Part shown: positions 10,931 to 20,776 of the stretch, piece by piece
How the letters are laid out: each line of letters opens with the position of its first letter
Position numbering within the stretch: the first letter of the stretch is position 1
Source of the DNA: an uncultured Oscillospiraceae bacterium
GTDB lineage: Bacteria; Bacillota; Clostridia; Christensenellales; CAG-138
Assembly (NCBI GenBank): GCA_964636405.1
Contig: CAZWSI010000007.1
Location: forward strand, 1,697-65,696
Direction of reading: 5' to 3'
DNA: 64,000 bases
The notes under the pieces: model-generated
What the model was told of the DNA's origin: nothing
Databases searched by the model: none
What the model saw: the letters and a program-made list of their open reading frames with translations, nothing else
Translations under genes and position numbers: made by a program

Positions 10931-12798
10931 AAAAGAAGCCCTTACAGCAAATACCGGCGCTCAGCCGGGCGGAATGGGACAGGCAGGGGATCGGCGCGCC
11001 CGATTTTGTGTTTGTCTCCGGCGACGCGTATGCGGATCATCCCAGCTTCGGCGCGGCGATTATCTGCCGTGTGCTGATGGACGCGGGCTTCACCGTGGCG
11101 GTGCTCGCGCAGCCCGATTGGCGTTCCGCAAACGATTTTTTGATGTTTGGACGGCCGCGTCTGGGCTTTTTGGTGTCCTCCGGCAATATGGATTCCATGG
11201 TCAATCACTATACGACTGCGAAAAAACGCCGTTCCGAGGATGCGTATACGCCCGGCGGCAAGGCGGGACTCCGGCCGGATCGTGCTACGGTCGTGTACGC
11301 CAACCGCGTGCGGGAGGCGTTCCCGCATACGCCGGTCATACTTGGCGGCATTGAGGCGAGCCTTCGCCGCTTTGCCCACTATGATTATTGGGACGACAGG
11401 GTGCGCCATTCCATCCTCTACGACGCGGGCGCGGATCTGTTGGTATACGGCATGGGGGAAAGAGCCATTTGGGAAATAGCCCATGCGCTGGATAAGGGCG
11501 CGCCGGTTTCCTCCTTAACAAATATTCGCGGCACCTGTGTGCGCGTGCCCGACGCGGACGCGGCTTTGGGCGCGGTGCGTCTGCCCTCCTTTACGGAGGT
11601 TTCCTCGGACAAGCGTAAATATGCCGAGGCGTTTATGACCGAATCGCGCGAGCACGATGCCGTGCGCGGCCGTGCGCTCGTGCAGCCGCACGAAAAGGGC
11701 GCGCTTTTGTGCAATCCGCCCCAGCCGCCCTTAAGCGAGGCGGAGATGGACGCGATATACGCGCTGCCCTATACGCGCAGGCCGCACCCGTCCTATACGC
11801 AGCCCATTCCCGCGCTTAAGGAGGTATCCAATTCCATTACCTCCGTGCGGGGCTGTTTTGGCGGTTGCAGCTTTTGCGCGCTGCATTTTCACCAGGGACG
11901 CGTCGTGCAGCCGCGCGGCCACGCGTCCATCCTTGCCGAAGCCGAGGGGATCGTCCGCGCGCCGGGCTTTGACGGATACATCCACGATATTGGCGGTCCT
12001 ACGGCCAATTTCCGTATGCCCGCGTGCGAAAAGCAGCGCGCGTCGGGCTGCTGTGCGGGGCGGCAGTGCATTGGGTACAAGCCCTGCAAGAATCTGCGCG
12101 TGTCGCACGCGGATTATGTTTCGCTTTTGCGCAAGCTGCGCGGCCTGCCCGGCGTAAAGAAGGTCTTTGTGCGCTCCGGCGTTCGCTTCGATTATCTCAT
12201 GTATGATCCCGACCGCACGTTCCTTAAGGAGCTTTGCAGCTATCACATCAGCGGGCAGCTCAAGGTCGCGCCGGAGCACGTGTCGGATCGGGTGCTGCAA
12301 TATATGAACAAGCCGCCGCACGCGGTGTTTGAGCGCTTCCGGCAGGCGTACGAGGCGGAGAACGCGCGCATCGGCAAAAAGCAGTATCTTGTGCCGTATC
12401 TCATTTCCTCGCACCCGGGCGCGACGCTTTCCGACGCGATCGAGCTTGCGCAGTACCTCAAGAAAGAGGGGCTGCGCCCCGAGCAGGTGCAGGATTTCTA
12501 TCCTACGCCCGGCACGCTTTCCACCTGTATGTACTATACGGGGCTTGATCCGCGTGGCATGGACGAGCTGTTTGTGGAAAAAACGCCGGAGGGCAAGGCC
12601 ATGCAGCGGGCGCTGATGCAGTTTGATTTTCCGCGCAACGCGCCGCTTGTGCGAAAGGCGCTGCGCAAGGCAGACCGCGACGATTTGATCGGAACGGGGC
12701 GCGCTTGCCTTGTCCGCTCCGAGGGCGCGGGTGAAATGCGGCGCAAATCCGGCGAAAACGCAAAGATTAAGGTTGACAAACGCAAGCGCACTCGATAG
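10927..12798 (+). CDS. ygiQ: YgiQ-family radical SAM protein (UPF0313)
   Basis: N-terminal SGDAYADHPSFG, radical SAM cluster CFGGCSFCAL, basic C-terminal tail. Confidence 0.85.
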   Translation: MKKKPLQQIPALSRAEWDRQGIGAPDFVFVSGDAYADHPSFGAAIICRVLMDAGFTVAVLAQPDWRSANDFLMFGRPRLGFLVSSGNMDSMVNHYTTAKKRRSEDAYTPGGKAGLRPDRATVVYANRVREAFPHTPVILGGIEASLRRFAHYDYWDDRVRHSILYDAGADLLVYGMGERAIWEIAHALDKGAPVSSLTNIRGTCVRVPDADAALGAVRLPSFTEVSSDKRKYAEAFMTESREHDAVRGRALVQPHEKGALLCNPPQPPLSEAEMDAIYALPYTRRPHPSYTQPIPALKEVSNSITSVRGCFGGCSFCALHFHQGRVVQPRGHASILAEAEGIVRAPGFDGYIHDIGGPTANFRMPACEKQRASGCCAGRQCIGYKPCKNLRVSHADYVSLLRKLRGLPGVKKVFVRSGVRFDYLMYDPDRTFLKELCSYHISGQLKVAPEHVSDRVLQYMNKPPHAVFERFRQAYEAENARIGKKQYLVPYLISSHPGATLSDAIELAQYLKKEGLRPEQVQDFYPTPGTLSTCMYYTGLDPRGMDELFVEKTPEGKAMQRALMQFDFPRNAPLVRKALRKADRDDLIGTGRACLVRSEGAGEMRRKSGENAKIKVDKRKRTR

Positions 12799-12806
12799 AA
12801 TAATCG

Positions 12807-13340
12807 ATGGTTGTTTTTGAGGAAAATGCGATGGAATTGCTTGGAACAAAAGCGAAAATGCGTGTGGGAGAGCACTTTCCGTTCTCCTTTTCGCAGGAAA
12901 TGGTGGATGCCGAGTTTGGCGGGAGAACGCTGCGCTTTGCCGAGCCTCTTGAGGTAACGGGGGCGTTTTGGTATGACGGCGGCGCGTATCTGGTCGAGGG
13001 CGAGTTGCAGACCGCGCTTACGGTCGAGTGCGCAAGCTGCGCGGCGGCGTTTAGGCAGCCCTTCTTTTGCGAGTTTTCCGAGCGCTTTGTCAAGGCCTCG
13101 GAGCGCGGGGAGGACGAGGAAAGCTATGCGTTTACGGACGATACGCTTCCACTCGGTCAGGCCGTCATGGATAACCTGTTTTTGAAGCTTCCGCTCGTGA
13201 GCCGTTGCCGTCCCGATTGCAAGGGACTGTGTCCCGTATGCGGCGCAAACCGCAACGAGGTTGCGTGCGGCTGCGAGAGGGCGGAGAAAAAGCAACCGTT
13301 CGCGTCGCTCGCGAATATACAATTGGAAGATAACGAATAA
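12807..13340 (+). CDS. yceD: YceD/DUF177 family protein
   Basis: C-terminal CxxxCxGLCxxCGxN motif and position directly upstream of rpmF; start uncertain (12807 or 12831). Confidence 0.75.
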   Translation: MVVFEENAMELLGTKAKMRVGEHFPFSFSQEMVDAEFGGRTLRFAEPLEVTGAFWYDGGAYLVEGELQTALTVECASCAAAFRQPFFCEFSERFVKASERGEDEESYAFTDDTLPLGQAVMDNLFLKLPLVSRCRPDCKGLCPVCGANRNEVACGCERAEKKQPFASLANIQLEDNE

Positions 13341-13352
13341 GGAGGTGTCATC

Positions 13353-13553
13353 ATGGCAGTACCCAAGAGAAAAACGTCGAAAGCCAGGCGCGATTCGCGC
13401 AGATCGGCCAATTCGGGACTCGAGACGCCGGCGCTGGTGGAATGCTCTCAGTGCCACGCGCTGAAGGAAGCCCATCACGTATGCGGCGCATGCGGGTATT
13501 ATGACGGCAAACAGGTCGTCGACATGGATGCAAAGGACAACAAAAAGGCCTGA
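13353..13553 (+). CDS. rpmF: 50S ribosomal protein L32
   Basis: [17 protein letters not shown]... with CxxC...CxxC zinc ribbon. Confidence 0.95.
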   Translation: MAVPKRKTSKARRDSRRSANSGLETPALVECSQCHALKEAHHVCGACGYYDGKQVVDMDAKDNKKA

Positions 13554-13582
13554 CACACCGCCTTTCATCTGTACGGAAAGGG

Positions 13583-13612
13583 CTTTCGCGGCATAGCGCG
13601 AAAGTCTTTTTT
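13583..13612 (+). terminator. rho-independent terminator after rpmF
   Basis: CTTTCGCG / CGCGAAAG stem followed by TCTTTTTT. Confidence 0.7.
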
Positions 13613-13671
13613 GCGTATGCGCGCAGGCTTTGCTATAATAAACAAATATCCTTCAAAACGGGAGGTATGAT

Positions 13672-14682
13672 ATGAACATTGCGCTGGATCTTATGGGCGG
13701 AGATTTTTGCCCCGCCGCGGCCATCGACGGCGCGCGCGAGGCGCTCGCGCTGTTGCCTGCGGACACAGGCTTTACCCTTTACGGTAATGCGGAGGCGCTT
13801 GCGCTTGCAAGACCCCTCCTTGCGGAAAACGAAGGCCGGGTAAGCTTTGTTGCATGCGCGGAGACCATCGGGTGCGACGAGCAGCCTACGCTCGCGATTC
13901 GCAAAAAGAAGGATTCCTCCATGGTGCGCGCGCTCAGCGACGTAGCGGCCGGCAGCGCGCATTGCTTAGTATCGGCAGGGAGCACGGGCGCGCTGCTTAC
14001 CGGCGGAACCCTGATCGTGCGCCGGCTGCGCGGCGTAAAGCGCCCCGCGCTCGCGACCACGCTCCCAACCAAAACAGGCTGCGTGCTGCTCATCGACTGC
14101 GGCGCGAATACCGATTGCAAGCCCCGGTATCTCCAACAATTTGCCATCATGGGCGCGGCCTATATGGAGAAGGTGCTTGGGGTCAAGGTGCCCCGCGTGG
14201 GCCTGCTTTCCAACGGGAGCGAAGCCGAAAAGGGGAACGAGCTGACCAAGGCGGCGCATGCGCTCTTGACCGAATCCCCGGTACGCTTTGCGGGCAATTG
14301 CGAAGCGAGGAACATTCTTTCGGGCAATTTCGACGTGGTCGTGTGCGACGGGTTTGACGGCAACGTGGCCCTCAAGAGCATCGAGGGCACGGCTTCGCTT
14401 CTCATGGGCTTTTTGAAAGCGGAGCTGCTTGCAAGCGCGCGCGGCAAGCTGGGCGCGGCGCTCGCCAAGCCTGCCTTTGCGGCCGTCAAAAGGAAGCTGG
14501 ATTATGCCGAATACGGCGGCGCGCCGCTGCTGGGCGTATCGGGCGGGGTCGTCAAGGCGCACGGCAGCTCGAACGGCCGTGCCTTTGCCATGGCGCTTGT
14601 GCAGGCGCAAAAGCTGATTGCGGGCAATGTGATTGGCCTGATTGGCGAAACGGTCGCAGCCCTCCCCGAAACGGAGGATTGA
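13672..14682 (+). CDS. plsX: phosphate acyltransferase PlsX
   Basis: MNIALDLMGGD N-terminus, SAGSTGALL, HGSS motifs typical for PlsX. Confidence 0.9.
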   Translation: MNIALDLMGGDFCPAAAIDGAREALALLPADTGFTLYGNAEALALARPLLAENEGRVSFVACAETIGCDEQPTLAIRKKKDSSMVRALSDVAAGSAHCLVSAGSTGALLTGGTLIVRRLRGVKRPALATTLPTKTGCVLLIDCGANTDCKPRYLQQFAIMGAAYMEKVLGVKVPRVGLLSNGSEAEKGNELTKAAHALLTESPVRFAGNCEARNILSGNFDVVVCDGFDGNVALKSIEGTASLLMGFLKAELLASARGKLGAALAKPAFAAVKRKLDYAEYGGAPLLGVSGGVVKAHGSSNGRAFAMALVQAQKLIAGNVIGLIGETVAALPETED

Positions 14683-14779
14683 GCCCCGGGAAAGCGGATG
14701 ATTGACATCTGCCGAAGGTTCATATAGAATGTTGCGGTAGGCATGATAGGTATTTTATTGTATTTATAAGGAGAAGCCA

Positions 14780-15004
14780 ATGTATTTTGATCGGGTTTGC
14801 GCCATCATCGCACAGCATCTGGAGGTTCCGGCGGAGAACATCGCCATGGAAACGCATCTCATCGACGATCTCAATGCGGATTCACTCGATATCGTCGAGC
14901 TGATTATGGACTTTGAGTCCGAGTTCGATGTGGAGATCCCCGACGAGGAGCTGCCCAAATTCCAGACCGTGGGCGACATCGTCCATTTCCTCGAGAAGCG
15001 CTGA
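14780..15004 (+). CDS. acpP: acyl carrier protein
   Basis: 74 aa, phosphopantetheine attachment motif DLNADSLDIVEL. Confidence 0.9.
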   Translation: MYFDRVCAIIAQHLEVPAENIAMETHLIDDLNADSLDIVELIMDFESEFDVEIPDEELPKFQTVGDIVHFLEKR

Positions 15005-15029
15005 GCTCTGCTCGCGCCAGGCAGGATGC

Positions 15030-15058
15030 GCCCGCATTGTATGGTGCGGGCTTTTTTT
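15030..15058 (+). terminator. rho-independent terminator after acpP
   Basis: GCCCGCA (15030-15036) / TGCGGGC (15045-15051) followed by TTTTTTT; it lies inside the long ORF-track version of rnc, which supports the later rnc start. Confidence 0.75.
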
Positions 15059-15073
15059 AAGGAGAATACCACT

Positions 15074-15784
15074 ATGACCCATACCCCGGAGGATCTGGGC
15101 GCCCTTTCCGACGCTTTGGGCTATTCCTTTTCCGATCCAGAGCTGCTTTCCGTCGCGGTGACGCACACGTCCTTTGTCAAGGGGGACGGGAGGAGCCGCC
15201 TGCATAACGAGCGGCTGGAGTTCTTGGGCGACGCGGTGCTGGAGCTGCTGGTAAGCGACTATTTATTCTCCCGCAACCCGGATATGCAGGAAGGCATGCT
15301 GACCAAAACACGTGCGCGGCTTGTGTGCGAGCAGGCGCTGTTTGAAGCCGCCCGCGCGCTGAACGTGCCCGCGTTTTTGCGCCTTGGCCACGGCGAGGCG
15401 CATTCCGGCGGCAGGGAAAAGCCCTCTATCGTATCCGATGCGCTCGAGGCGATTATCGGCGCGGTGTACCTTGACGGCGGCATGGATGCGGCGCGCACGC
15501 TGGTGATCGACCGCATCATAAGGCTTCTGGAAGCGGCCGATGTGGATGCGACCGATAAGGATTACAAGACCCGCTTGCAGGAGTTCATCCAACGGGATCA
15601 CCGGGGCGCGCTCCGCTATGCGCTCATCAGCGAAAGCGGCCCCGAGCATCAAAAGCTGTTTACCATGCGCGTGCTGCTCGACGGTGAATCGCTTGGCGAG
15701 GGCTCCGGCGCTTCCAAGCAGAGCGCGGGGCAGGAGGCGGCCCGCGTCGCGCTCGCTGGTCTTACGGCGCGGCCGGAGCAATAA
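15074..15784 (+). CDS. rnc: ribonuclease III
   Basis: RNase III signature ERLEFLGDAVLEL plus C-terminal dsRBD; ATG 15074 after GGAGAA. Confidence 0.9.
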   Translation: MTHTPEDLGALSDALGYSFSDPELLSVAVTHTSFVKGDGRSRLHNERLEFLGDAVLELLVSDYLFSRNPDMQEGMLTKTRARLVCEQALFEAARALNVPAFLRLGHGEAHSGGREKPSIVSDALEAIIGAVYLDGGMDAARTLVIDRIIRLLEAADVDATDKDYKTRLQEFIQRDHRGALRYALISESGPEHQKLFTMRVLLDGESLGEGSGASKQSAGQEAARVALAGLTARPEQ

Positions 15785-15805
15785 ACACGAATCGGAGGAA
15801 GGCGA

Positions 15806-18800
15806 TTGCGCCTTGTAAAGCTTGAGCTGAACGGCTTTAAGTCGTTCGCGCGAAAAACAGAAATACGTTTTGGCGACGGCATCACGGCTGTGGTGGGCCC
15901 CAACGGCAGCGGCAAGAGCAACATTGCCGACGCCGTGCGCTGGGTTTTGGGCGAGCAGAGCGCAAAGGCATTGCGCGGTGCGAAGATGGAGGACGTGATT
16001 TTCAGCGGCACGCAGCAGAAGAAGGCCCAGTCCTATTGCGAGGTGTCGCTTGCCTTCGATAATACCGACGGCCGCCTGCCGGTGGAGTATTCCGAGGTTG
16101 AGGTGACCCGCCGCGTGTACCGCTCGGGCGAAAGCGAGTATTGTCTCAATCAAACCCCCTGCAGGCTGCGTGATATTCAGGAGCTGTTTCGGGATACCGG
16201 CATCGGCAAGGACGGGTATTCGATCATTTCTCAGGGCAAGGTGGACGAGATCTTGTCCAATAAATCGGGCGATCGGCGCGCCGCGCTGGAAGAAGCGGCG
16301 GGCGTGATGCGTTACCGTGTGCGCAAGGAGGAGGCGCAGCGCAAGCTTGACGCCACCGAAAAGAATCTCGAGCGCATCGACGATATTTTGGGCGAGCTTG
16401 CGGATAGGCTTGGCCCGCTCGAGCAGCAGAGCGCCACGGCGCGCAGCTTTCTCAAGCTCCGCGACGAACTGCGCGAGCTGGAGATCAATCTCTTTTTGGC
16501 ACAGTACGACCGCATGCGCGAGCGGCTTACGGCGCTTGCCGAAACCATCGCGCAGCTTGCGGAGGAAAGCGCGCTCTCCGAAGAAAGCGAAAAGCGGGTT
16601 TTGGACGAGTGCGCCTTGCTTGAGGAGCGGGTGCGCGGCCTGGACGAAACGCTCTCCGCACAGCAAAACGCGCTGCTAACCATGCTTTCCGGCGTGGAAA
16701 CGCATGTGGGCGAAAGCCGCGTGCTTATAGAGCGCCGCGAAAATCTGCTCGCGGAGCGCGCGCGCCTCACCGAGGCGTTGGCGATTCTCCGGGAAAAGCG
16801 CGAGGGCCTTGCGCGCGCAAACGGCGAAATGCAGAGCGACGAAACGGGCGAGGCGGCGGTACAGCGGCTTGACGGGGCGCTTGCCGAGGCGCAGGCGCGC
16901 GTCAATCGGGCCGACGAGGAAATTGAAAAAGCGGAAGCGGCCCTCGAAGCGATGAAAAACAGCATCATCGAGGCCATGAACCGCCTTTCGGACGCAAAGA
17001 GCCGCCTTTCCCATTTTGACGCGATGATGAGCGCCTTTACGGGCCGCGCGGAGGAGGTTTCCGCGCAAAGGGAGGCGCACAAGCACGTTTCCGAAGCTTT
17101 GCTTGGCGAAATGGACGCGGCGCAGACCGAGGACGCGGCCTTTCGTGTGGAAAGGGAAAAGCTGCTTGCCTCGCAAAACGCGGCGAGGGAGGATCTCGCG
17201 GCGCGGCGGGAGGTCTATGCGAAGGCGCAGGCATATAAGCGCGAGCTGGAGCAAAAATTGCAGGGCGACGCGTCCCGCTTGCGCGTGCTCACGGAAATGG
17301 CGCGCTCCCGCGAGGGGTATTTTGACAGCGTACGCTTTCTCATGCGGGACGCGGCAACGGACGAAACGCTTGCGCGTTCCATCATCGGCGTGGTCGCGGA
17401 GCTTATCCGCGTGCCCGCGGAATACGAGCAGGCTGTGACGATGGCGCTTGGCTCGGCGCTGCAAAACATCGTAACCGCCACAGCGGAGGACGCAAAGCGC
17501 GTGATCGACTATGCGAGCAGCCATGATTACGGTCGCGTCACGCTCCTGCCGACCGATATCCTGCGCCAGTCCTCGCTGACAAGCGAGGAGCGCCGCGCGC
17601 TTTCCGCGCCCGGCTGCATCGGCGTTGCCAGCGAGCTTATTGCCTGCGATCCGCGCATTCAGGGCGCAGTGGCGCATCTGCTTGGGCGTACGGTGCTCGT
17701 GCGTGATTTAGACAGCGGCGTGGCGCTCAAGCGCAGCGCGCGCGCGAGCTTTGGCATCGCGACGCTCGGGGGCGATATCATTGCGGCGGGCGGCTCCATG
17801 AGCGGCGGCAGCACCAGGAAGCGCGGCTTTTCGCTGCTCGGCCGCGAGCGCGAAATGGAGCAGCTCAGAACGCGCGTTGCAGAGCAGGAGCGCGCGGCAA
17901 AGGAGCAAAACGACCTTTGCGAGCAAGCGGAAAAGTATATTCTGCTGCTCAATACGCAGCTTGACGCGCTGGGCGGCGAGCTGCACGCACGCGAAATTGA
18001 GCATGCAAAGCATAAGGAAAAGCTCGAAATCATCGCGCGCGATATAGAGACTGCCGCGCAAAAGGACGCGCAGCTCGCCGGAGAATGGGAACAATTGCAG
18101 GAGAATATCGACGATCTTGTGCGCGAGCGCGAGGAGGCCGATTCCCTGCAAAACGATATCGAGGCGGGCAATGCCGTAACCAGGGAGGACGTTGCCGCAG
18201 CGCAAGCCGCTCTTGCGGAAAAACGGAGGGCCCGCGAAAGGGAAAACGACGCCTGCTCCGATTTGCGCGTGCGCCGCATGGCGCTGCAAAAGGAGCGGGA
18301 TGCGGCGGCGCGCGAGCGCGCGAGACTCGAAAACGAGCTTCTTGCCGGCGAAAAATCCATTGCCGGGAGCGAGGCTGCGCTAGCTGAAAACGAGCGGCAG
18401 CGGGGGGCGCTGGACGCGCGCATTGCCGAGATGCAAAGCGGCATTGCAAGCGAGCAGCGCGAGGCGGACGCGCGCCGCACGGCCCAGCACGCGACCGAGG
18501 AGGAGCGCGCCAGGCTTTCCGAATCGCTTACGGCGCTGCGCGCAAGGCGCGAGGAGCTGATCGCCTCCGCGCGGGAGCGCAGCGAGCGCTTGCACCGGCA
18601 GGAGCTTGCGAGGAGCCGCACGGAGCTGGAGCTTTCCTCCATGCAGGATCATATCTGGGAGGAATACGAGCTTACCTACGAAAACGCGCTGCCCTACAAG
18701 CGTGAGATTGCGCTTGCGCCAACCAACGCGCGCATTGCCGCGCTCCGGCAGGAGATCAAGGAGCTGGGCGACGTGAACATCTCCTCGATCGAGGACTATA

Positions 18801-19366
18801 TGGCGGTGTACGAGCGCCATACCTCGCTTACGGTGCAATCTGACGATCTTAAAAAAGCCAAGGGTGATTTGGAAACCCTCGTCGTGGAGCTGACGCATAC
18901 CATGGAAGCGGTTTTTTCGGAGCAATTCGCCATCATCCAGACGAATTTCACCGAGGTGTTTTCCCGCCTTTTCGGCGGCGGGCACGCCGAGCTGAGACTC
19001 GCGGACAAGCGCGACGTGCTCGGCTGTGAGATCGATATCATCGCGCAGCCGCCCGGAAAAAGGCTGCAATTGCTCTCGCTCCTTTCGGGCGGTGAACGGG
19101 CGCTTACGGCCATCGCGCTGCTTTTTGCGCTGCTGCAATTGAAGGCGCCCGCCTTCTGCGTGCTCGACGAAATCGAAACCTCGCTCGACGAGGTGAACGT
19201 GTCCCGCTTTGCGCGCTTTTTGAAGGAGTACGCGCGCGATACGCAGTTTATCCTGATCACGCACCGCAAGGGCAGCATGGAGGTGTGCGATTCACTCTAC
19301 GGCGTGTCCATGGAGGAGCGTGGCGTAAGCAAGGTGATTTCCGCGCGCTTCGGCGAGGCGGGCTAA
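15806..19366 (+). CDS. smc: chromosome segregation protein SMC
   Basis: Walker A GPNGSGKSN, long coiled coils, hinge, C-terminal LSGGE and Walker B CVLDE; TTG start after GGAGGAAGG. Confidence 0.95.
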   Translation: MRLVKLELNGFKSFARKTEIRFGDGITAVVGPNGSGKSNIADAVRWVLGEQSAKALRGAKMEDVIFSGTQQKKAQSYCEVSLAFDNTDGRLPVEYSEVEVTRRVYRSGESEYCLNQTPCRLRDIQELFRDTGIGKDGYSIISQGKVDEILSNKSGDRRAALEEAAGVMRYRVRKEEAQRKLDATEKNLERIDDILGELADRLGPLEQQSATARSFLKLRDELRELEINLFLAQYDRMRERLTALAETIAQLAEESALSEESEKRVLDECALLEERVRGLDETLSAQQNALLTMLSGVETHVGESRVLIERRENLLAERARLTEALAILREKREGLARANGEMQSDETGEAAVQRLDGALAEAQARVNRADEEIEKAEAALEAMKNSIIEAMNRLSDAKSRLSHFDAMMSAFTGRAEEVSAQREAHKHVSEALLGEMDAAQTEDAAFRVEREKLLASQNAAREDLAARREVYAKAQAYKRELEQKLQGDASRLRVLTEMARSREGYFDSVRFLMRDAATDETLARSIIGVVAELIRVPAEYEQAVTMALGSALQNIVTATAEDAKRVIDYASSHDYGRVTLLPTDILRQSSLTSEERRALSAPGCIGVASELIACDPRIQGAVAHLLGRTVLVRDLDSGVALKRSARASFGIATLGGDIIAAGGSMSGGSTRKRGFSLLGREREMEQLRTRVAEQERAAKEQNDLCEQAEKYILLLNTQLDALGGELHAREIEHAKHKEKLEIIARDIETAAQKDAQLAGEWEQLQENIDDLVREREEADSLQNDIEAGNAVTREDVAAAQAALAEKRRARERENDACSDLRVRRMALQKERDAAARERARLENELLAGEKSIAGSEAALAENERQRGALDARIAEMQSGIASEQREADARRTAQHATEEERARLSESLTALRARREELIASARERSERLHRQELARSRTELELSSMQDHIWEEYELTYENALPYKREIALAPTNARIAALRQEIKELGDVNISSIEDYMAVYERHTSLTVQSDDLKKAKGDLETLVVELTHTMEAVFSEQFAIIQTNFTEVFSRLFGGGHAELRLADKRDVLGCEIDIIAQPPGKRLQLLSLLSGGERALTAIALLFALLQLKAPAFCVLDEIETSLDEVNVSRFARFLKEYARDTQFILITHRKGSMEVCDSLYGVSMEERGVSKVISARFGEAG

Positions 19367-19416
19367 GTGGTTGAATAGATTCGGCGGTGGAAGCCGGATT
19401 TTCCGAGGTGATCAGA

Positions 19417-20331
19417 ATGGAAAGTAAGCAGTCGCTGTTTTCCCGCCTCAAGGCGGGCCTCGCCCGCACGAGGGACAATTTGTTTTCGCGCGTGTTCCAC
19501 GCGGAAGCCTGCGTGGACGACGATTTTTATGACGAGCTCGAGGAGGCCATGATCTTGGCCGACATGGGCATGGATACGGCGCAAAGACTGCTTTCGGAGC
19601 TGCGCGCGCGGTTGAAGACGGATCGCGTCGTCATGCAAAGCGAGGCAAGGGAAATTCTCGTTTCTCTTGTCGCGGACGCCATGCGCCCCAAAGCCTCTTT
19701 TGCGGCGGACGCGGGAAACGCCGTGTTGCTCATTGTGGGCGTAAACGGCGTGGGCAAGACCACGACCGTGGGAAAGCTCGCGTATCAATACAAACAGTTG
19801 GGCCGCAAGCCGATGCTTGCCGCGGCGGACACCTTCCGCGCGGCGGCGGCCGAGCAGCTTGGCGAGTGGGCCTCGCGCGCGGACGTGCCCATGGTGCGCC
19901 ATGGCGAGGGCGCGGACCCCTCCGCCGTCGTGTTTGACGCAATCGCCTCCGCCCGCGCCAAGGGCTGCGACCTGCTTTTGTGCGATACGGCGGGGCGGCT
20001 GCACAACAAGGTGAATCTTCTCAACGAGCTGGGTAAAATGCGCCGCGTCATTGCCCGCGAGCTGCCCGATACCCCCTGCGAAACCCTGCTGGTGCTCGAC
20101 GCGACGACCGGGCAAAACGCCGTCGCGCAGGCGCGCGCCTTTTCGGAGGTTACGCCGCTTACGGGCGTTATTTTAACCAAGCTCGACGGAAGCGCCAAGG
20201 GCGGCGTGGTGGTGTCCATCGCGTCGGAGCTGGGCGTGCCCGTGCGCTTTGTGGGCGTGGGGGAGGGCATCCACGATTTGATGGCCTTCTCGCCCGAGGA
20301 TTTTGCGCGTGCGCTTATTTCCTGCGGATAA
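19417..20331 (+). CDS. ftsY: signal recognition particle receptor FtsY
   Basis: SRP GTPase motifs GVNGVGKTTT, DTAGR, TKLDG; ATG 19417 after GAGGTGA. Confidence 0.9.
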   Translation: MESKQSLFSRLKAGLARTRDNLFSRVFHAEACVDDDFYDELEEAMILADMGMDTAQRLLSELRARLKTDRVVMQSEAREILVSLVADAMRPKASFAADAGNAVLLIVGVNGVGKTTTVGKLAYQYKQLGRKPMLAAADTFRAAAAEQLGEWASRADVPMVRHGEGADPSAVVFDAIASARAKGCDLLLCDTAGRLHNKVNLLNELGKMRRVIARELPDTPCETLLVLDATTGQNAVAQARAFSEVTPLTGVILTKLDGSAKGGVVVSIASELGVPVRFVGVGEGIHDLMAFSPEDFARALISCG

Positions 20332-20352
20332 ATGGAAAACGTCCGATTTCAC

Positions 20353-20380
20353 TTGACAAAGCCTGAATCTCCTGTATAAT
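20353..20380 (+). promoter_or_regulatory. sigma-A-type promoter for ylxM-ffh
   Basis: TTGACA (20353-20358), 16-bp spacer, TATAAT (20375-20380) in the ftsY-ylxM gap. Confidence 0.5.
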
Positions 20381-20430
20381 GAACCACGGTGTAAAGCTGT
20401 ATGCCTTTACAGCTTTGTACGGAGGGGTTC

Positions 20431-20775
20431 ATGGAGCGCATCGTTGAGCTGGGAAATCTGCTGGATTGCTACGGCGCGCTGCTGACGGAGCGGCAAAGAA
20501 CCCTGCTGTTTCAGCAGGTGTGCGAGGATTGCTCCCTTTCGGAAATTGCCGAACGGGAGGGGATCTCGCGCCAGGCCGTGCGCGACGCGATTGTGAGCGG
20601 CGAAAGGCAGCTCCGGCAATATGAGGAAGCGTTGGGCCTTTGCCAAAGACTTATCAGATTCAAGAAGGCCTCCGGGGAGGCAGCCGGGGCCGTGCGCGCA
20701 TCGGCGCTGCCGGAGCGGGAGCGTGAAGCGTTGCTTTTGCGCGTAAACGAAATGACGCGCGTCTGGGAGGAGTAG
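20431..20775 (+). CDS. ylxM: YlxM/UPF0122 putative DNA-binding protein
   Basis: Sigma-70 region-4-like HTH (LTERQRTLLFQQVCEDCSLSEIAEREGISRQAVRDAI); conserved position upstream of ffh. Confidence 0.8.
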   Translation: MERIVELGNLLDCYGALLTERQRTLLFQQVCEDCSLSEIAEREGISRQAVRDAIVSGERQLRQYEEALGLCQRLIRFKKASGEAAGAVRASALPEREREALLLRVNEMTRVWEE

Positions 20776-20776
20776 C